From Macrostomum lignano (lineage: Eukaryota): a DNA stretch of 57,781 bases. The notes under the pieces were generated by a model. The model was not told where the DNA came from, made no database searches, and saw nothing but the letters and a program-made list of their open reading frames with translations. The translations under genes were made by a program, and so were the position numbers. The stretch is taken from assembly GCA_002269645.1 (NCBI GenBank), contig NIVC01000809.1:1-57781 (forward strand), written 5' to 3'. Below, piece by piece: positions 12,225 to 25,041 of this stretch (position 1 is its first letter; every line of letters starts with the position of its first letter).

Positions 12225-13300
12225 TAATCTCTACCCCAATTCCATATGAATGTACATTGAGACTTCAATCTCTACCCCAATTCCATATGAATGTACATTA
12301 AGACTTCAATCTCTCTACCCCAATTCCATATGAATGTACATTGAGACCTCAATCTCTCTACCCCAATTCCATATGAATGTACATTGAGACCTCAATCTCT
12401 CTACCCCTATTCCATATGAATGTACATTGAGACCTCAATCTCTACCCCAATTCCATATAAATGTACATTGAGAATTCAATCTCTACCCCAATTCCATATG
12501 AATGTACATTAAGACTTCAATCTCTCTACCCCAATTCCATATGAATGTACATTAAGACTTCAATCTCTCTACCCCAATTCCATATGAATGTACATTGAGA
12601 CCTCAATCTCTCTACCCCTATTCCATATGAATGTACATTGAGACCTCAATCTCTACCCCAATTCCATATAAATGTACATTGAGACCTCAATCTCTCTACC
12701 CCAATTCCATATGAATGTACATCAGTCTCAATTTCTCTACCCCAATTCCATATGAATGTACATTGAGACCTCAATCTCTCTACCCCAATTCCATATGAAT
12801 GTACATTGAGACCTCAATCTCTCTACCCCAATTCCATATGAATGTACATCAGTCTCAATTTCTCTACCCCAATTCCATATGAATGTACATCAAAGTCTAA
12901 ATCTCTCTACCCCAATTCCATATGAATGTACATCAAAGCCTCAATCGCTCTACCCCAATTCCATATGAATGTACATTGAGACCTCAATCTCTCTACCCCA
13001 ATTCCATATGAATGTACATCAGTCTCAATTTCTCTACCCCAATTCCATATGAATGTACATCAAAGTCTAAATCTCTCTACCCCAATTCCATATGAATGTA
13101 CATCAAAGCCTCAATCGCTCTACCCCAATTCAATATGAATGTACATTGAGACCTCTATCTCTCTACCCCAATTCCATATGAATGTACATCAAAGTCTCAA
13201 TCTCTCTACCCCAATTCCATATGAATGTACATCAAAGTCTCAATCTCTCTACCCCAATTCCATATGAATGTACATTGAGACCTATCTCTCTACCCCTCCT
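12225..13300. repeat. 41-43-bp minisatellite downstream of epsin
   Basis: (CT)CTCTACCCCAATTCCATATGAATGTACATTGAGACCTCAAT repeated about 25 times. Confidence 0.95.
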
Positions 13301-13852
13301 AATTCAATATGAATGTACACCAAATTACCAATTACTCATTACTATTACGCTTCATTACCAATCCTTCACTAGCCGCGCACATGTTCTCTGATTCTGTGTC
13401 AACAATCAAACATGGATATTGATATTGTAAATATAAAATTGTTAATAAAAAAACTACATGGTGGTCTAAAAAAACACAAAAAGACCAGTCAGTCATCACC
13501 CCCGATGCCAGAGCTACTCCTTACACACGATGCGCAATACACATAAAAAGGAAGATCTCCATTTCAATCATTGTATTAAGCAACATTTTTTTCTACTAAA
13601 CAAGAAATTGCTCTTCTAGGGGAGCGACTGGGGGCCTTATCACAACTAGACGCTGCAAAACTACTTTATAAAACGATTCGTACAGTAAAACTTAATTCTA
13701 TTTCTCTTCTCCAAAACAAAACAATGACGACACGATGTAAGAGGAAGGCCGGTTACTAAACCTTTAGTAGTAGCTTATTACTATAACAGCAATCAGACTG
13801 GACAAGCTGTTAATGCAGACCAGATTAAAAGAAAACAGCAATATGCGAGAAC

Positions 13853-16800
13853 TCATAGGAATGGGTTGAGTCCGGCAGCCGAGGCTGGCACAGGCTCATG
13901 GGACATGTTGAAGTGATGCTGCTGCTGCTGCTGCTGTAACTCGGCCAGAGTGGGCTGACCAGCTGAGCCCGGGCCGGAGCTTGCGAACGGGTTGACCCCG
14001 CCCAGCCCCGATGCGAATGGATTTGTGCCAGCGCCCGCTGCAAATCCTAGTTTTTTTGTAATTACTGTTGGCATTTGGATACTGGCTGCGCTACTGTAAG
14101 TAGGCAGATGGCAAATAAGAATGCGAAATTCTGCTGCTCAGATTAGCTAAACTAGATTAGCAATCCATACAAACTAGATTAGCCATGCATTCATTCTAGA
14201 TTAGCAATCCATTCTTGACTAGATTAGCAATCCATTCAGACTAGATTAGCAATCCATTCTTGACTAGATTAGCAATCCATTCAGACTAGATTAGCAATCC
14301 ATACAAACTAGATTAGCCATGCATTCATTCTAGATTAGCAATCCATTCTTGACTAGATTAGCAATCCATTCAGACTAGATTAGCAATCCATACAAACTAG
14401 ATTAGCCATGCATTCATTCTAGATTAGCAATCCATTCTTGACTAGATTAGAAATCCATTCAGACTAGATTAGCAATCCATACAAACTAGATTAGCCATGC
14501 ATTCATTCTAGATTAGCAATCCATTCTTGACTAGATTAGCAATCCATTCAGACTAGATTAGCAATCCATTCTTGACTAGATTAGCAATCCATTCAGACTA
14601 GATTAGCAATCCATTCTTGACTAGATTAGCAATCCATTCAGACTAGATTAGCAATCCATTCTTGACTAGATTAGCAATCCATTCAGACTAGATTAGCAAT
14701 CCATTCTTGACTAGATTAGCAATCCATTCAGACTAGATTAGCAATCCATTCTTGACTAGATTAGCAATCCATTCAGACTAGATTAGCAATCCATTCTTGA
14801 CTAGATTAGCAATCCATTCTTGACTAGATTAGCAATCCATTCAGACTAGATTAGCAATCCATTCAGACTAGATTAGCAATCCATTCAGACTAGATTAGCA
14901 ATCCATTCAGACTAGATTAGCAATCCATTCTTGACTAGATTAGCAATCCATTCTTGACTAGATTAGCAATCCATTCAGACTAGATTAGCAATCCATTCAG
15001 ACTAGATTAGCAATCCATTCAGACTAGATTAGCAATCCATTCTTGACTAGATTAGCAATCCATTCTTGACTAGATTAGCAATCCATTCAGACTAGATTAG
15101 CAATCCATTCATGACTAGATTAGCAATCCATTCAGACTAGATTAGCAATCCATTCAGACTAGATTAGCAATCCATTCAGACTAGATTAGCAATCCATTCA
15201 GACTAGATTAGCAATCCATTCAGACTAGATTAGCCATGCATTCATTCTAGATTAGCAATCCATTCAGACTAGATTAGCAATCCATTCAGACTAGATTAGC
15301 AATCCATTCAGACTAGATTAGCAATCCATTCAGACTAGATTAGCAATCCATTCAGACTAGATTAGCAATCCATTCTTGACTAGATTAGCAATCCATTCAG
15401 ACTAGATTAGCAATCCATTCAGACTAGATTGGCAATCCATTCTTGACTAGATTAGCAATCCATTCTTGACTAGATTAGCAATCCATTCAGACTAGATTAG
15501 CAATCCATTCAGACTAGATTAGCAATCCATTCAGACTAGATTAGCAATCCATTCTTGACTAGATTAGCAATCCATTCTTGACTAGATTAGCAATCCATTC
15601 AGACTAGATTAGCAATCCATTCATGACTAGATTAGCAATCCATTCAGACTAGATTAGCAATCCATTCAGACTAGATTAGCAATCCATTCAGACTAGATTA
15701 GCAATCCATTCAGACTAGATTAGCAATCCATTCAGACTAGATTAGCCATGCATTCATTCTAGATTAGCAATCCATTCAGACTAGATTAGCAATCCATTCA
15801 GACTAGATTAGCAATCCATTCAGACTAGATTAGCAATCCATTCAGACTAGATTAGCAATCCATTCAGACTAGATTAGCAATCCATTCTTGACTAGATTAG
15901 CAATCCATTCAGACTAGATTAGCAATCCATTCTTGACTAGATTAGCAATCCATTCAGACTAGATTAGCAATCCATTCAGACTAGATTAGCAATCCATACA
16001 AACTAGACTAGCAATCCACTCGGGCTATATAAAAGCTATATTAAAAAACACTTACCCTTCGGCGCACTAACTAGGCTATCCAGATTAACCAGATTTCCGT
16101 GCTCGCTCAAGAAATTTTTAGCCACAGATTTGCTGGCCGAAGCGCTTGGCGGGGGCTGCTGCTGTTGCTCCGCTGAGTTTGAGGACGAGAGAAGGTCGGG
16201 AGGCTGAGCAGCCGCGGGAGCCCAGAGGTCGGCAGATACTAAGTAAGCCAAATAAAAGGACACAATTAAGTGCAACCTCAGGACAGTCAAAAAGTTCAAA
16301 TCGAGAGACTCACGAGATTGCAAATCGCTGCCTGAAGACTGCGGCTGTCTGGCTGGCAGGGGCGGCGGAGCCGCCGTTGCAGACATGGCGGTGGCGGACT
16401 TGGCCCACGGATCGCCGATTGCTGCGGGCGTGGGGATGGCAGACAGTCAATGGCGTTGAAATTATTCACTGAGCGCTCAGCAACTGAAGAAATGGAAGGC
16501 CGGCAGTGGCCCAGCAGCTGAGGATCTTGGAGGCTGGCCCAGCAACTGAGGATCTGGGAGGCTGGCCCAGCAGCTGAGGATCTGGGAGGCTGGCCTAGCA
16601 GCTGAGGATCTGGGAGGCTGGCCCAGCAGCTGAGGATCTGGGAGGCTGAATGGCCCAGCAACTGAGGATCTGGGAGGCTGGCCCAGCAGCTGAGGATCTG
16701 AGAGGCTGAATGGCCCAGCAACTGAGGATCTGGGAGGCTGGCCCAGCAACTGAGGATCTGAGAGGCTGAATGGCCCAGCAACTGAGGATCTGGGAGACTG

Positions 16801-19722
16801 GCCCAGCAACTGAGGATCTGGGAGGCTGGCCCAGCAACTGAGGATCTGGGAGGCTGAATGGCCCAGCAACTGAGGATCTGGGAGGCTGAATGGCCCAGCA
16901 ACTGAGGATCTGGGAGGCTGAATGGCCCAGCAACTGAGGATCTGGGAGGCTGGCCCAGCAGCTGAAGATCTGGGAGGCTGGCCCAGCAGCTGAGGATCTG
17001 GGAGGCTGGCCCAGCAACTGAGGATCTGGGAGGCTGGCCCAGCAGCTGAGGATCTGGGAGGCTGGCCCAGCAGCTGAGGATCTGGGAGGCTGGCCCAGCA
17101 ACTGAGGATTTGGGAGGCTGGTGGCCCAGCAACTGAGGATTTGGGAGGCTGGTGGCCCAGCAACTGAGAATCTGGGAAGCTGGTGGCCCAGCAGCTGAGG
17201 ATCTGGGAGGCTGGTGGCCCAGAAACTGAGGATCTGGGAGGCTGGTGGCCCAGCAACTGAGGATCTGGGAAGCTGGTGGCCCAGCAGCTGAGGATCTGGG
17301 AGGCTGGTGGCCCAGCAACTGAGGATCTGGGAAGCTGGTGGGCCAGCAATGGAGGATCTGGGAGGCTGGTGACCCAGCAACTGAGGATATGGGAAGATGG
17401 TGGCCCAGCAATGGAGGATCTGGGAGGCTGGCTCAGTAACTGAGGATCTGGGAGGCTGGTGGCCCAGCAACTGAAGATCTGGGAGGCTGGTGGCCCAGCA
17501 GCTGAGGATCTGAGCGGCTAAAGCTAACTATCAAGCGAGTCTTGGCTATCTCTATCTCACCAAACGAAGAGCCATTGGCGCCCACGGAAGCGGTGGCGCC
17601 GGTAGCCCAGGGGTCGGCGCTGCCAAGATTCCAGGGGTCTCTGGCGCTGGCGCCGCCGCCAATGGAGGCTGTGGCCGTGGTGGCGGAGTTTGCCCAAGGA
17701 TCGGGCGCGTTGGCCGGAGCCGCCGACAGCGACGTGTCAATCAGGTCGACCAGAGTTCCCGACTGCGCAAGTGGAGGTGGAATAGAAAGAAGAAATAGAA
17801 AATAAAATAGACAGTGGAATGGAACAGACGTAAAATATCCCTGCACTTCAGTAGGCTGCCACCCCTCATGTACTTCAGTAGGCTGCCACCCCTCATGTAC
17901 TTCAGTAGGCTGCCACCCCTCATGTACTTCAGTAGGCTGCCACCCCCACTGTCAGTAGACTGCCCCCCTGTACTTCAGTAGGCTGGTAATCTTCACTGTA
18001 CTTCAGTAGGCTGCCCCTGTACTTCAGTAGGCTGCCCCTGTACTTCAGTAGGCTGCCACCCCCCAACTTTTTCAGTACGGTTTGAATGAATCAAATAAAA
18101 CAAAATACCTTCTGCCGAGTAACTGTAGCCCCTTTCTTCTGACGCTCCTGCAAATTTAGAAATCGCCATGCTATTAGATTACTGCTTTTCATTGACAGCT
18201 TAATTAGAAACCAGGCACACGAGCCAACTCAAACCTCTTCATCCCGCTTGCTGGCCTCCAACGCCATCCTCAGCTTCATATCCTCTTTAAGTCCTTCGGC
18301 CTCTCTTCGCCTCATCTCCTGTTCATGCTCCTCCTTGGACAGTGCCAACGCCAACTGCAGTTCGATGTCCTCAGCCTCCTGGTGTACACCGCCGCCGCCT
18401 CCGGCAGTAACAGCGGCAGCGGCACCGGGCGAGGCTGGCAGGTCGTCTCCGCTGCCGGCGAACTCCGGCGCGCGCATGCGGCTGCGACCGCTGCCAGAGC
18501 CGGTGTGGTGCCCCACACCCTGGTGCAGGCGCTCGCGGGTTAGCAAGGCCTGTCAGAGTGAAGAACACAATATAATGCAGAACTATAGGGCTAGCAATAG
18601 GGCTACACAGACAGAAATACCCATAGACAAAATGATTGCTTATAGACCGATAAGATGTACATAATGGCGTAGTGAAGAGATACCTAGTGACACAGAGAAG
18701 ATACCTATTGACATAGAGAAGATACCCAGTGACACAGAGAAGAGATACCCAGTGACAGAGAAGAGATACCCAGTGACACAGAGAAGAGATACCCAGTGAC
18801 AGAGAAGAGATACCCAGTGACACAGAGAAGAAATACCCAGTGACAGAGAAGAGATACACAGTGACACAGAGAAGATACCTATTGACATAGAGAAGATACC
18901 CAGTGACACAGAGAAGAGATACCCAGTGACAGAGAAGAGATACCCAGTGACAGAGAAGAGATACCCAGTGACACAGAGAAGAAATACCCAGTGACAGAGA
19001 AGAGATACACAGTGACACAGAGAAGAGATACCCAGTGACAGAGAAGAGATACCCAGTGACACAGAGAAGAGATACCCAGTGACAGAGAAGAGATACCCAG
19101 TGACACAGAGAAGAGATACCCAGTGACACAGAGAAGAGATACCCAGAGACAGAGAAGAGATACCCAGTGAGATGGAGACACCCAGTGACATGGAGATACC
19201 CAGTGACATAGAGATGAGATAACCAGAGACATGGAGAGGTACCCAGTGATACAGAGAAGAGTGACAGATTGCTCAGCGACAAGCAGTACACACCTTGGCC
19301 CTCTCAGCCCGCAGTCTTTCATCATCTTTCAACAAAGCGACCAGCTGCTTAGCTTTCTCGCGCACATTCAGGCCGTGATCGCGGGCCTCCTCAATATATT
19401 GGAAATCGCGCAATGATTGAATAACAAAGAGATTCTCCTTGCATTGCTGGGCCACCCTCTCGCTGCCAGTTTTAATTAGATAGTCCAGCAGCACCAAAGC
19501 TTTATAAACGTGACGCCAGTTCTTGTTTTTATCGTTTAACCGCTTCCAGATCATTGACATGATTTCTGTATAGGCCATTACATTGTATGTCATCTCAGCT
19601 ATCTCCGCCATTAAAGTGCTTGACGGCCCCCACGGGTCATTTGAGGTCGCTTCGCGTACTTTCACCTTGGCATCAGAATAATTGTGCACAATATTTTTGA
19701 AATTGCGTCGAATGGTTGTCAT
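13853..19722 (-). CDS. EPN: Epsin (ENTH, 2 UIM, DPW repeats, clathrin box, 3 NPF)
   Basis: Exons 19722-19294 (ENTH: NIVHNYSDAKVKVREATSNDPWGPS..WRHVYKALVLLDYL), 18549-18235 (UIMs EDIELQLALALSKEE, EDMKLRMALEASKRD), 17762-17561 (DPW x3), 16421-16314 (DPW), 16238-16056 (NFL..LVNLDSLV), and a last exon with ambiguous acceptor (~14050-14090) to the stop at 13853 (NPF x3). Phases are consistent. Confidence 0.97.
14145..16018. repeat. 22/24-bp minisatellite filling epsin intron 5
   Basis: GACTAGATTAGCAATCCATTCA and GACTAGATTAGCAATCCATTCTT variants over ~1.9 kb. Confidence 0.97.
16505..17515. repeat. 28/31/32-bp minisatellite filling epsin intron 3
   Basis: GGCCCAGCAGCTGAGGATCTGGGAGGCT with or without GGT or GAAT; source of ORFs 16296..17470. 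Confidence 0.97.
17843..18062. repeat. 27-bp minisatellite in epsin intron 2
   Basis: GTACTTCAGTAGGCTGCCACCCCTCAT plus truncated variants. Confidence 0.9.
18675..19262. repeat. 21/23-bp minisatellite filling epsin intron 1
   Basis: GATACCCAGTGAC(AC)AGAGAAGA tandem copies; source of ORFs 18371..19325. Confidence 0.95.
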
Positions 19723-20900
19723 GACAACTAGGCAGCGCGATAAGAAGCAACTAGACTCTGAGATAAGATGCTCTAGATGTTCTGGTGAGCTATGGATTAA
19801 AAATCTAAGGCTAAATGGCAGCCTGGGCCTGCTGTAGGATTGCTGACAGAAATTGTGAATTATAAACTTGAAATTTAAATTGCAAAATCAATACACATTG
19901 AGGCACTGAAAGGGGGTTGCAACTCTCAAATTCATTTCTAATGCAGCTAAGAGCTGCGACCCTATCACACCATTGTGAACTCTTGAAGTTATCTTAATTG
20001 ACTACCTTGCCAATGGTGGCTAACTTTAAAAGACAATACAAGCTAATTTAGCTGCATACTAACCATAACAAACTCTGCTTAACTTGCAGCACTGGCAGTG
20101 AATATGAATGTTAAGTTGTTAAAACTAGTAACAAAACCAGTGCTTTTGTTACATTTTCTTATAGCATACAATTGTATATACCCATCTAGTTCACATTTAT
20201 AAATCAAATTGTATGATTTAATTATGATTTATACCAGTTTATAAAATAAATATTATTTACCAAGTATACTAACAAGTAAAATAATTTTTTGTTACTAATC
20301 TAGACATAACTGCATATGGGGCTGTGTTCTGTATAATTTTCTGTTGTTGTTTAGATATAGTAAAAATGTAATATTTTGAATATAAATAAAACTAAGTTTT
20401 ATTTCCTTAAATATACTTACATAGGCAAGAATCTAAGCCAAGAAAAGATGGATAAAGAAAATTGAAATAATTGCTCTTTGAGCTTAAACTTGACCTATGC
20501 TAATTGCTTTTGATTGAAGACTATTGGTATAAGATAATAATATTTCTAAAAATAACCAAAAGGCATATATATGATAATAGTAACCATAGACTTGAAAATA
20601 GTGATCTGCCTCTCTAAAACAATTTAATTGATTACCTACTATAAATCTATTACCCTTTTTACTAATATACTTGAATAAATTTAATATGAAAAAGAACTTA
20701 AAATATTAGCTACTAATATTTCATGATTAATCAAGTTATTGTTTATTTATAAAGCAATGAAACAATATCAACATTACTTTTAAAAATAAACTTTGCATTG
20801 ACAACTTTTTTAATGTTATTCTCTAGTATAAGCTTTCTATCTATCTTTAATTAATAGTAATAATAGCTTCTGTTATACTTGTCATTAACCAGAACTAAGC

Positions 20901-21546
20901 CTAGGGATATTGACCCCGGGGAGTGCTCCCTAGGGCCCCAAGGAGCTTGTCGGGGAATATTCCCCAAGGAATTAGACCAGGGACCCCAGGGAGAAAAAAT
21001 ATTAAAAATGCATTTTAACTTGAAAAAGAAGCCTAACTGACTACTGTGTTGGTCTGCATTGATGGCTTGACACATTTGACACAGGCACAACGCTGCGTCT
21101 TATATTAGGCCTAGTCACTAGGGCATTAGGGTGTGATATAATAACAAAATACTCCCTATTAGAAAAGGATATAATTGAGATTTATCTGCAAGAAATAAAA
21201 ATTCCAATTATAAAAATAGTCTCATTCATTAATTATCCTCTGATGAGCATAGCTGCTGAGCATTTTCTGCATTTTCCACTTCTGGAATCTAGACTCTTTC
21301 TAACAAAGGTGTGCGCACAATTTGGTAATGCCATATTGTCAAATACAGTTTTAAATAAACATTGTTTAAAGTTTTACCCTTGCACCTTGAACATGTAATC
21401 TAAAGCTTAAATCAAATTTAAAAAATGCCACTTAAGATCTAAGTTATCTATCATTTTTTAATTTTTTTCCCCAAGGTCCCTAGGGAATGATAGTAAATTC
21501 CCTAGGGTCCCCAATAAAAAATTCCCTGGGGAATTGAAATCCCTAA
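20901..21546. mobile_element. Old non-autonomous hAT-like MITE
   Basis: Degenerate ~100-bp inverted termini (TAGGGATATTGACCCC...; ...GGGGAATTGAAATCCCTA) flanked by ACTAAGCC / ATTAGGCC, a 6/8 match consistent with an 8-bp TSD. Confidence 0.55.
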
Positions 21547-23079
21547 TTAGGCCTATCACTTAATATTTTTTCTTTATACTATTATGCCTAATGTTTCTAT
21601 TTTTATAAAAACTACAATTGAAAAATTTTTTTTGGTTTAATTATCTTTTATATAGGCCTAGTATTCATTCTTAGACCAAAAAGACTATTAAGACCTATAA
21701 AATTGTTATTATATTTCATAGACTTATTAAATAATATCAAACATATTATCTTCAATTTTATTTATTTATATAACTAACTAGCATTGGGCCTTACTTGCTA
21801 AATCTTTAATTTATTATTAATTAACTAACTTGTTAAGTTTTTGTCAATTTTAATCAGTTAAAAAACCAGTTAATTTTTTAAATATCTGATTTTCTATTTA
21901 AATTAGGAGGCCTAGGTTAGTAGGCTGTTTCTTAAATTTCCCTAAAACTTTATATTCTTTATCATTATATTTTTATAACTTTTTTTTCTAAGTTTCTATG
22001 ATAGAAAGAAGGCACCCATGGTGGCTTCTTGACTTCACCTTATCAGTTTTAAATTTATTGTTTATCAATTTTGACAATTCTGGCTTAATTAGTAAATCAG
22101 TTTATTCTAGCACATTAATATTTAATTAAATAATATTTAAATTAAATATATATATTCTTTATCTCATTGTAATATGTCAGCAACTAAGCCTACCCTAGTA
22201 GTTAAGACAACTTCATTTACTTAAAACTTAAACATCTTAAGTGAAAAACGCAAACCAAAGACATCTACTTAAAATAATACATGTATGTGGTTTTACAAAA
22301 CTGAACTAAAGCCAAATAGTTAGCTAATGGCAATGCCAATGGTGTTGGTGATTGTATGTAACGTCAGGATCGCTTCCAAATCAAAGGTAGAATAGAACCT
22401 TTATTCCTGTAACCAACTTTTTGCTGTACTGTCCACTGTAATGTACGGATATAAAGCTTGTCGTCTGTGGTTTTTTTTATCAATTTATCATCTAGCCTCG
22501 ACTGCAGAGACTTAATATAGAACTTATAGAAATAAGAAATTCTTTCATCCAAATAATACATTTTATTCCCTACTATACAGATTGCTTGCCAAACTAACTC
22601 TTCAACTCCCTGTGTTTAGGCCCATTCTATACAACTTGTCGGTACTTAATTCGAGAAAAAAAGGTAAACAATTTAAACAATTTCATGTTCTAATTCTAAA
22701 GCCTGCATGCATGCAATGTAAAAATAAATAGTTTTGAATATTTAAAGTAGTACAACGATATTTCTAAAATGTCGCGTAATTTACGAAACGTTTCTTTCTG
22801 GCAAAATGCACAACGTACCTCATGACCCCCAAGTAAGCCTCCTTTTATACCCATAAAATAAGCAGCTTAACTTTTTTTCAATTGTGGGTTCCATTTCGAC
22901 TGCGCACGTATAATGATACTTTATAATATTTTACTTTTGCCTAATATAATACAAAAAAGTTTCGTATATTAATAGTGCTGTGCTGCTTTTTTACGAATTA
23001 CCGTATCATTCCAACGCTAAAATTATTTTTCATAGATGACTGTGTAGTATCTTAGTAGTATAGTATACTATATTCAGCT

Positions 23080-23809
23080 ACTGAACAACGCCGAATGAGA
23101 ACGGAGACACCCGCAAAACTGCTATTTGGCCGCGACATAAGAGCAAATTTCCAAACCTCGCAGAACAACCAAGGCCAATGAAACACAGAACGAGCTAGTG
23201 ACCACATTAAAACAGGAACCGCACCAAGTATTCAAGCGACACTTCAAGGTCGGTGATCTGGTACGTGTTCGTTAGCCACATGTGCCAAAGGGCAGGTCCC
23301 CTTTCACCTCTCCATTCAAAGTCATCAAAGTGGTTGGCAACTTCACATACCGATTGGACAATGGAAAGGTTTGGACTGCGCGCAACTTGGTACCATTCAG
23401 ACAACAAGCGATAGATCCAGTCGAGATACAGTCAAGTGGAGCGCGCCAACACCGGCCAACAGCATGTCCGTCGGTCTAAAAGACAAAACAAAGGAATGCC
23501 ACCTAACCGACTGATTGAGGAAGTATGAACAATCAAGTGGAGAGTGCACTATTTAAGGAGGGGGGAAGTTGATATGGATTTTAACTGTGAACTTTTACGC
23601 ATGCGATTGAACTATCTATGTCATAATTCTCGAAGACCCAGACAGTTACTAAAGAGCTGGGCGCACTAGGGAAAATGGAATTAACTAACGAACGAGCGGA
23701 GCGAGACAAGGGCTCCTACGATAACGAATTATTTCCGCTCTTTTTTGTTAACACAAATATACGATTAGTATAGACGGAACGAGCCGTCTTACGAATACAC
23801 ATCATATCA
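23080..23809 (+). mobile_element. Gypsy LTR-retrotransposon 3' relic: integrase C-terminus, PPT and 240-bp 3' LTR
   Basis: TPAKLLFGRDIR and FKVGDLVRVR*PHVPKGRSPFTSPFKVIKVVGNFTYRLDNGKVW; PPT AAGGAGGGGGGAAG at ~23555-23568; LTR 23570-23809 bounded by TGATATG...CATATCA. Confidence 0.8.
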
Positions 23810-23906
23810 GAAGCAGAAAAAACTTATCACTGTAGCATTTGACAATATAGGTACGAATTGCAATACATTCAATACCTCTTTCGACGCGTCACATCAACAG
23901 TGCGTA

Positions 23907-24068
23907 CTATTTTGTGCCTCGCAAAGCTGCTCTAACGACGCATTAATCGATTTTTCGTGTTAAATTGGTCTTGTCATTCTTTTAAACGTTTTTATCAAGT
24001 GACAGAGCAATTTAACATGAAAAATCGATTAATGCGTCGTTAGAGCAGCATGCGAGGCACATAATAGT
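23907..24068. repeat. Long near-perfect inverted repeat (fold-back or MITE-like)
   Basis: GCTGCTCTAACGACGCATTAATCGATTTTTCGTGTTAAATTG... pairs with ...CAATTTAACATGAAAAATCGATTAATGCGTCGTTAGAGCAGC; arms extend to ~65-70 bp with a ~25-nt loop. Confidence 0.9.
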
Positions 24069-25041
24069 GTGAGTAGAACTTTTTCTGACACTGTTAAAGA
24101 CCCAATCACTTGTTTTAGTGTTGAAAATCGTGAAATTTCCAATCTCCGTAGTGTATTTTTCCGGTACAGCCTGCCTTTAAAACTAGTTCTGAACGAAAAG
24201 CTTTATGAATATCGATAGAGCAATAAGAAAGGCACAAGATATCAAAAGATGAACACTGGATCTGCCTCCTATCAAAAGCAATAACAATTTTTGTGCTGAA
24301 AAAAATGAAAACCTCCAATCTCTGTAGTGTATTTTTCGGCGAAAAGTTGCCTACAAAACATTTACCATAAATTTCGAGTGTAGCGTCCTATATACGAGCG
24401 AATATATTACTTGAGCATTGTTACTTGAGCATTGTATGTTACTTACACATGCATTTCAGCAGTAGCGTATTGCTACATTTACATGCATGTGATTGTAGAA
24501 TTTGATTGCAACGACTGGCACAGCTCAAAGGATGCATAGACGAATTCTTTGCATGAAGGCAATGTATTTCATTAATGACTGTTTACTGTAGTGCTCTATA
24601 TCGTCTTTCTACTTTACTAGTTCGCTATCACATGGTTTATACGTTTCAATCTACGAGGTAAATCAGGCAGCCAAATGTTATCATGCAAAAGCGCAGCAGT
24701 TAGAGAGAATGAATGCTCATGCCATGTGCTCAAACTATCTAACTAAACCCACTTTGCCGAGTGTTTCATACTCTGCCTTCATCAGCACAATAGACTGTAC
24801 AGTGTGGGCAATGCCCTAAATTGCTTCTTTCAAATTTCTTTCTCAAACCTGACAGACTTTGTTGCGCTCAATTGTGTGCAGAACTTTCACAGTGCCTGCC
24901 GAGAGAGATGATATGTGCTTCAAGCTCTAAACTAAGGCCTAACCCCTATATACCCTGCACAATTGTAAGCTATATATTAACCATTTCTTTCTTGCGTAGA
25001 CTAACTCGCACCTTGCTGCTTTACTCGATCAGCTGAGAGCA

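Noticed and set aside
16296-17470. 290-371-aa repetitive ORFs
   Set aside because: Translations of the epsin intron 3 minisatellite; epsin splices correctly around them.
18371-19325. Hydrophobic Cys/Leu-rich ORFs resembling membrane proteins
   Set aside because: Translations of the epsin intron 1 minisatellite.
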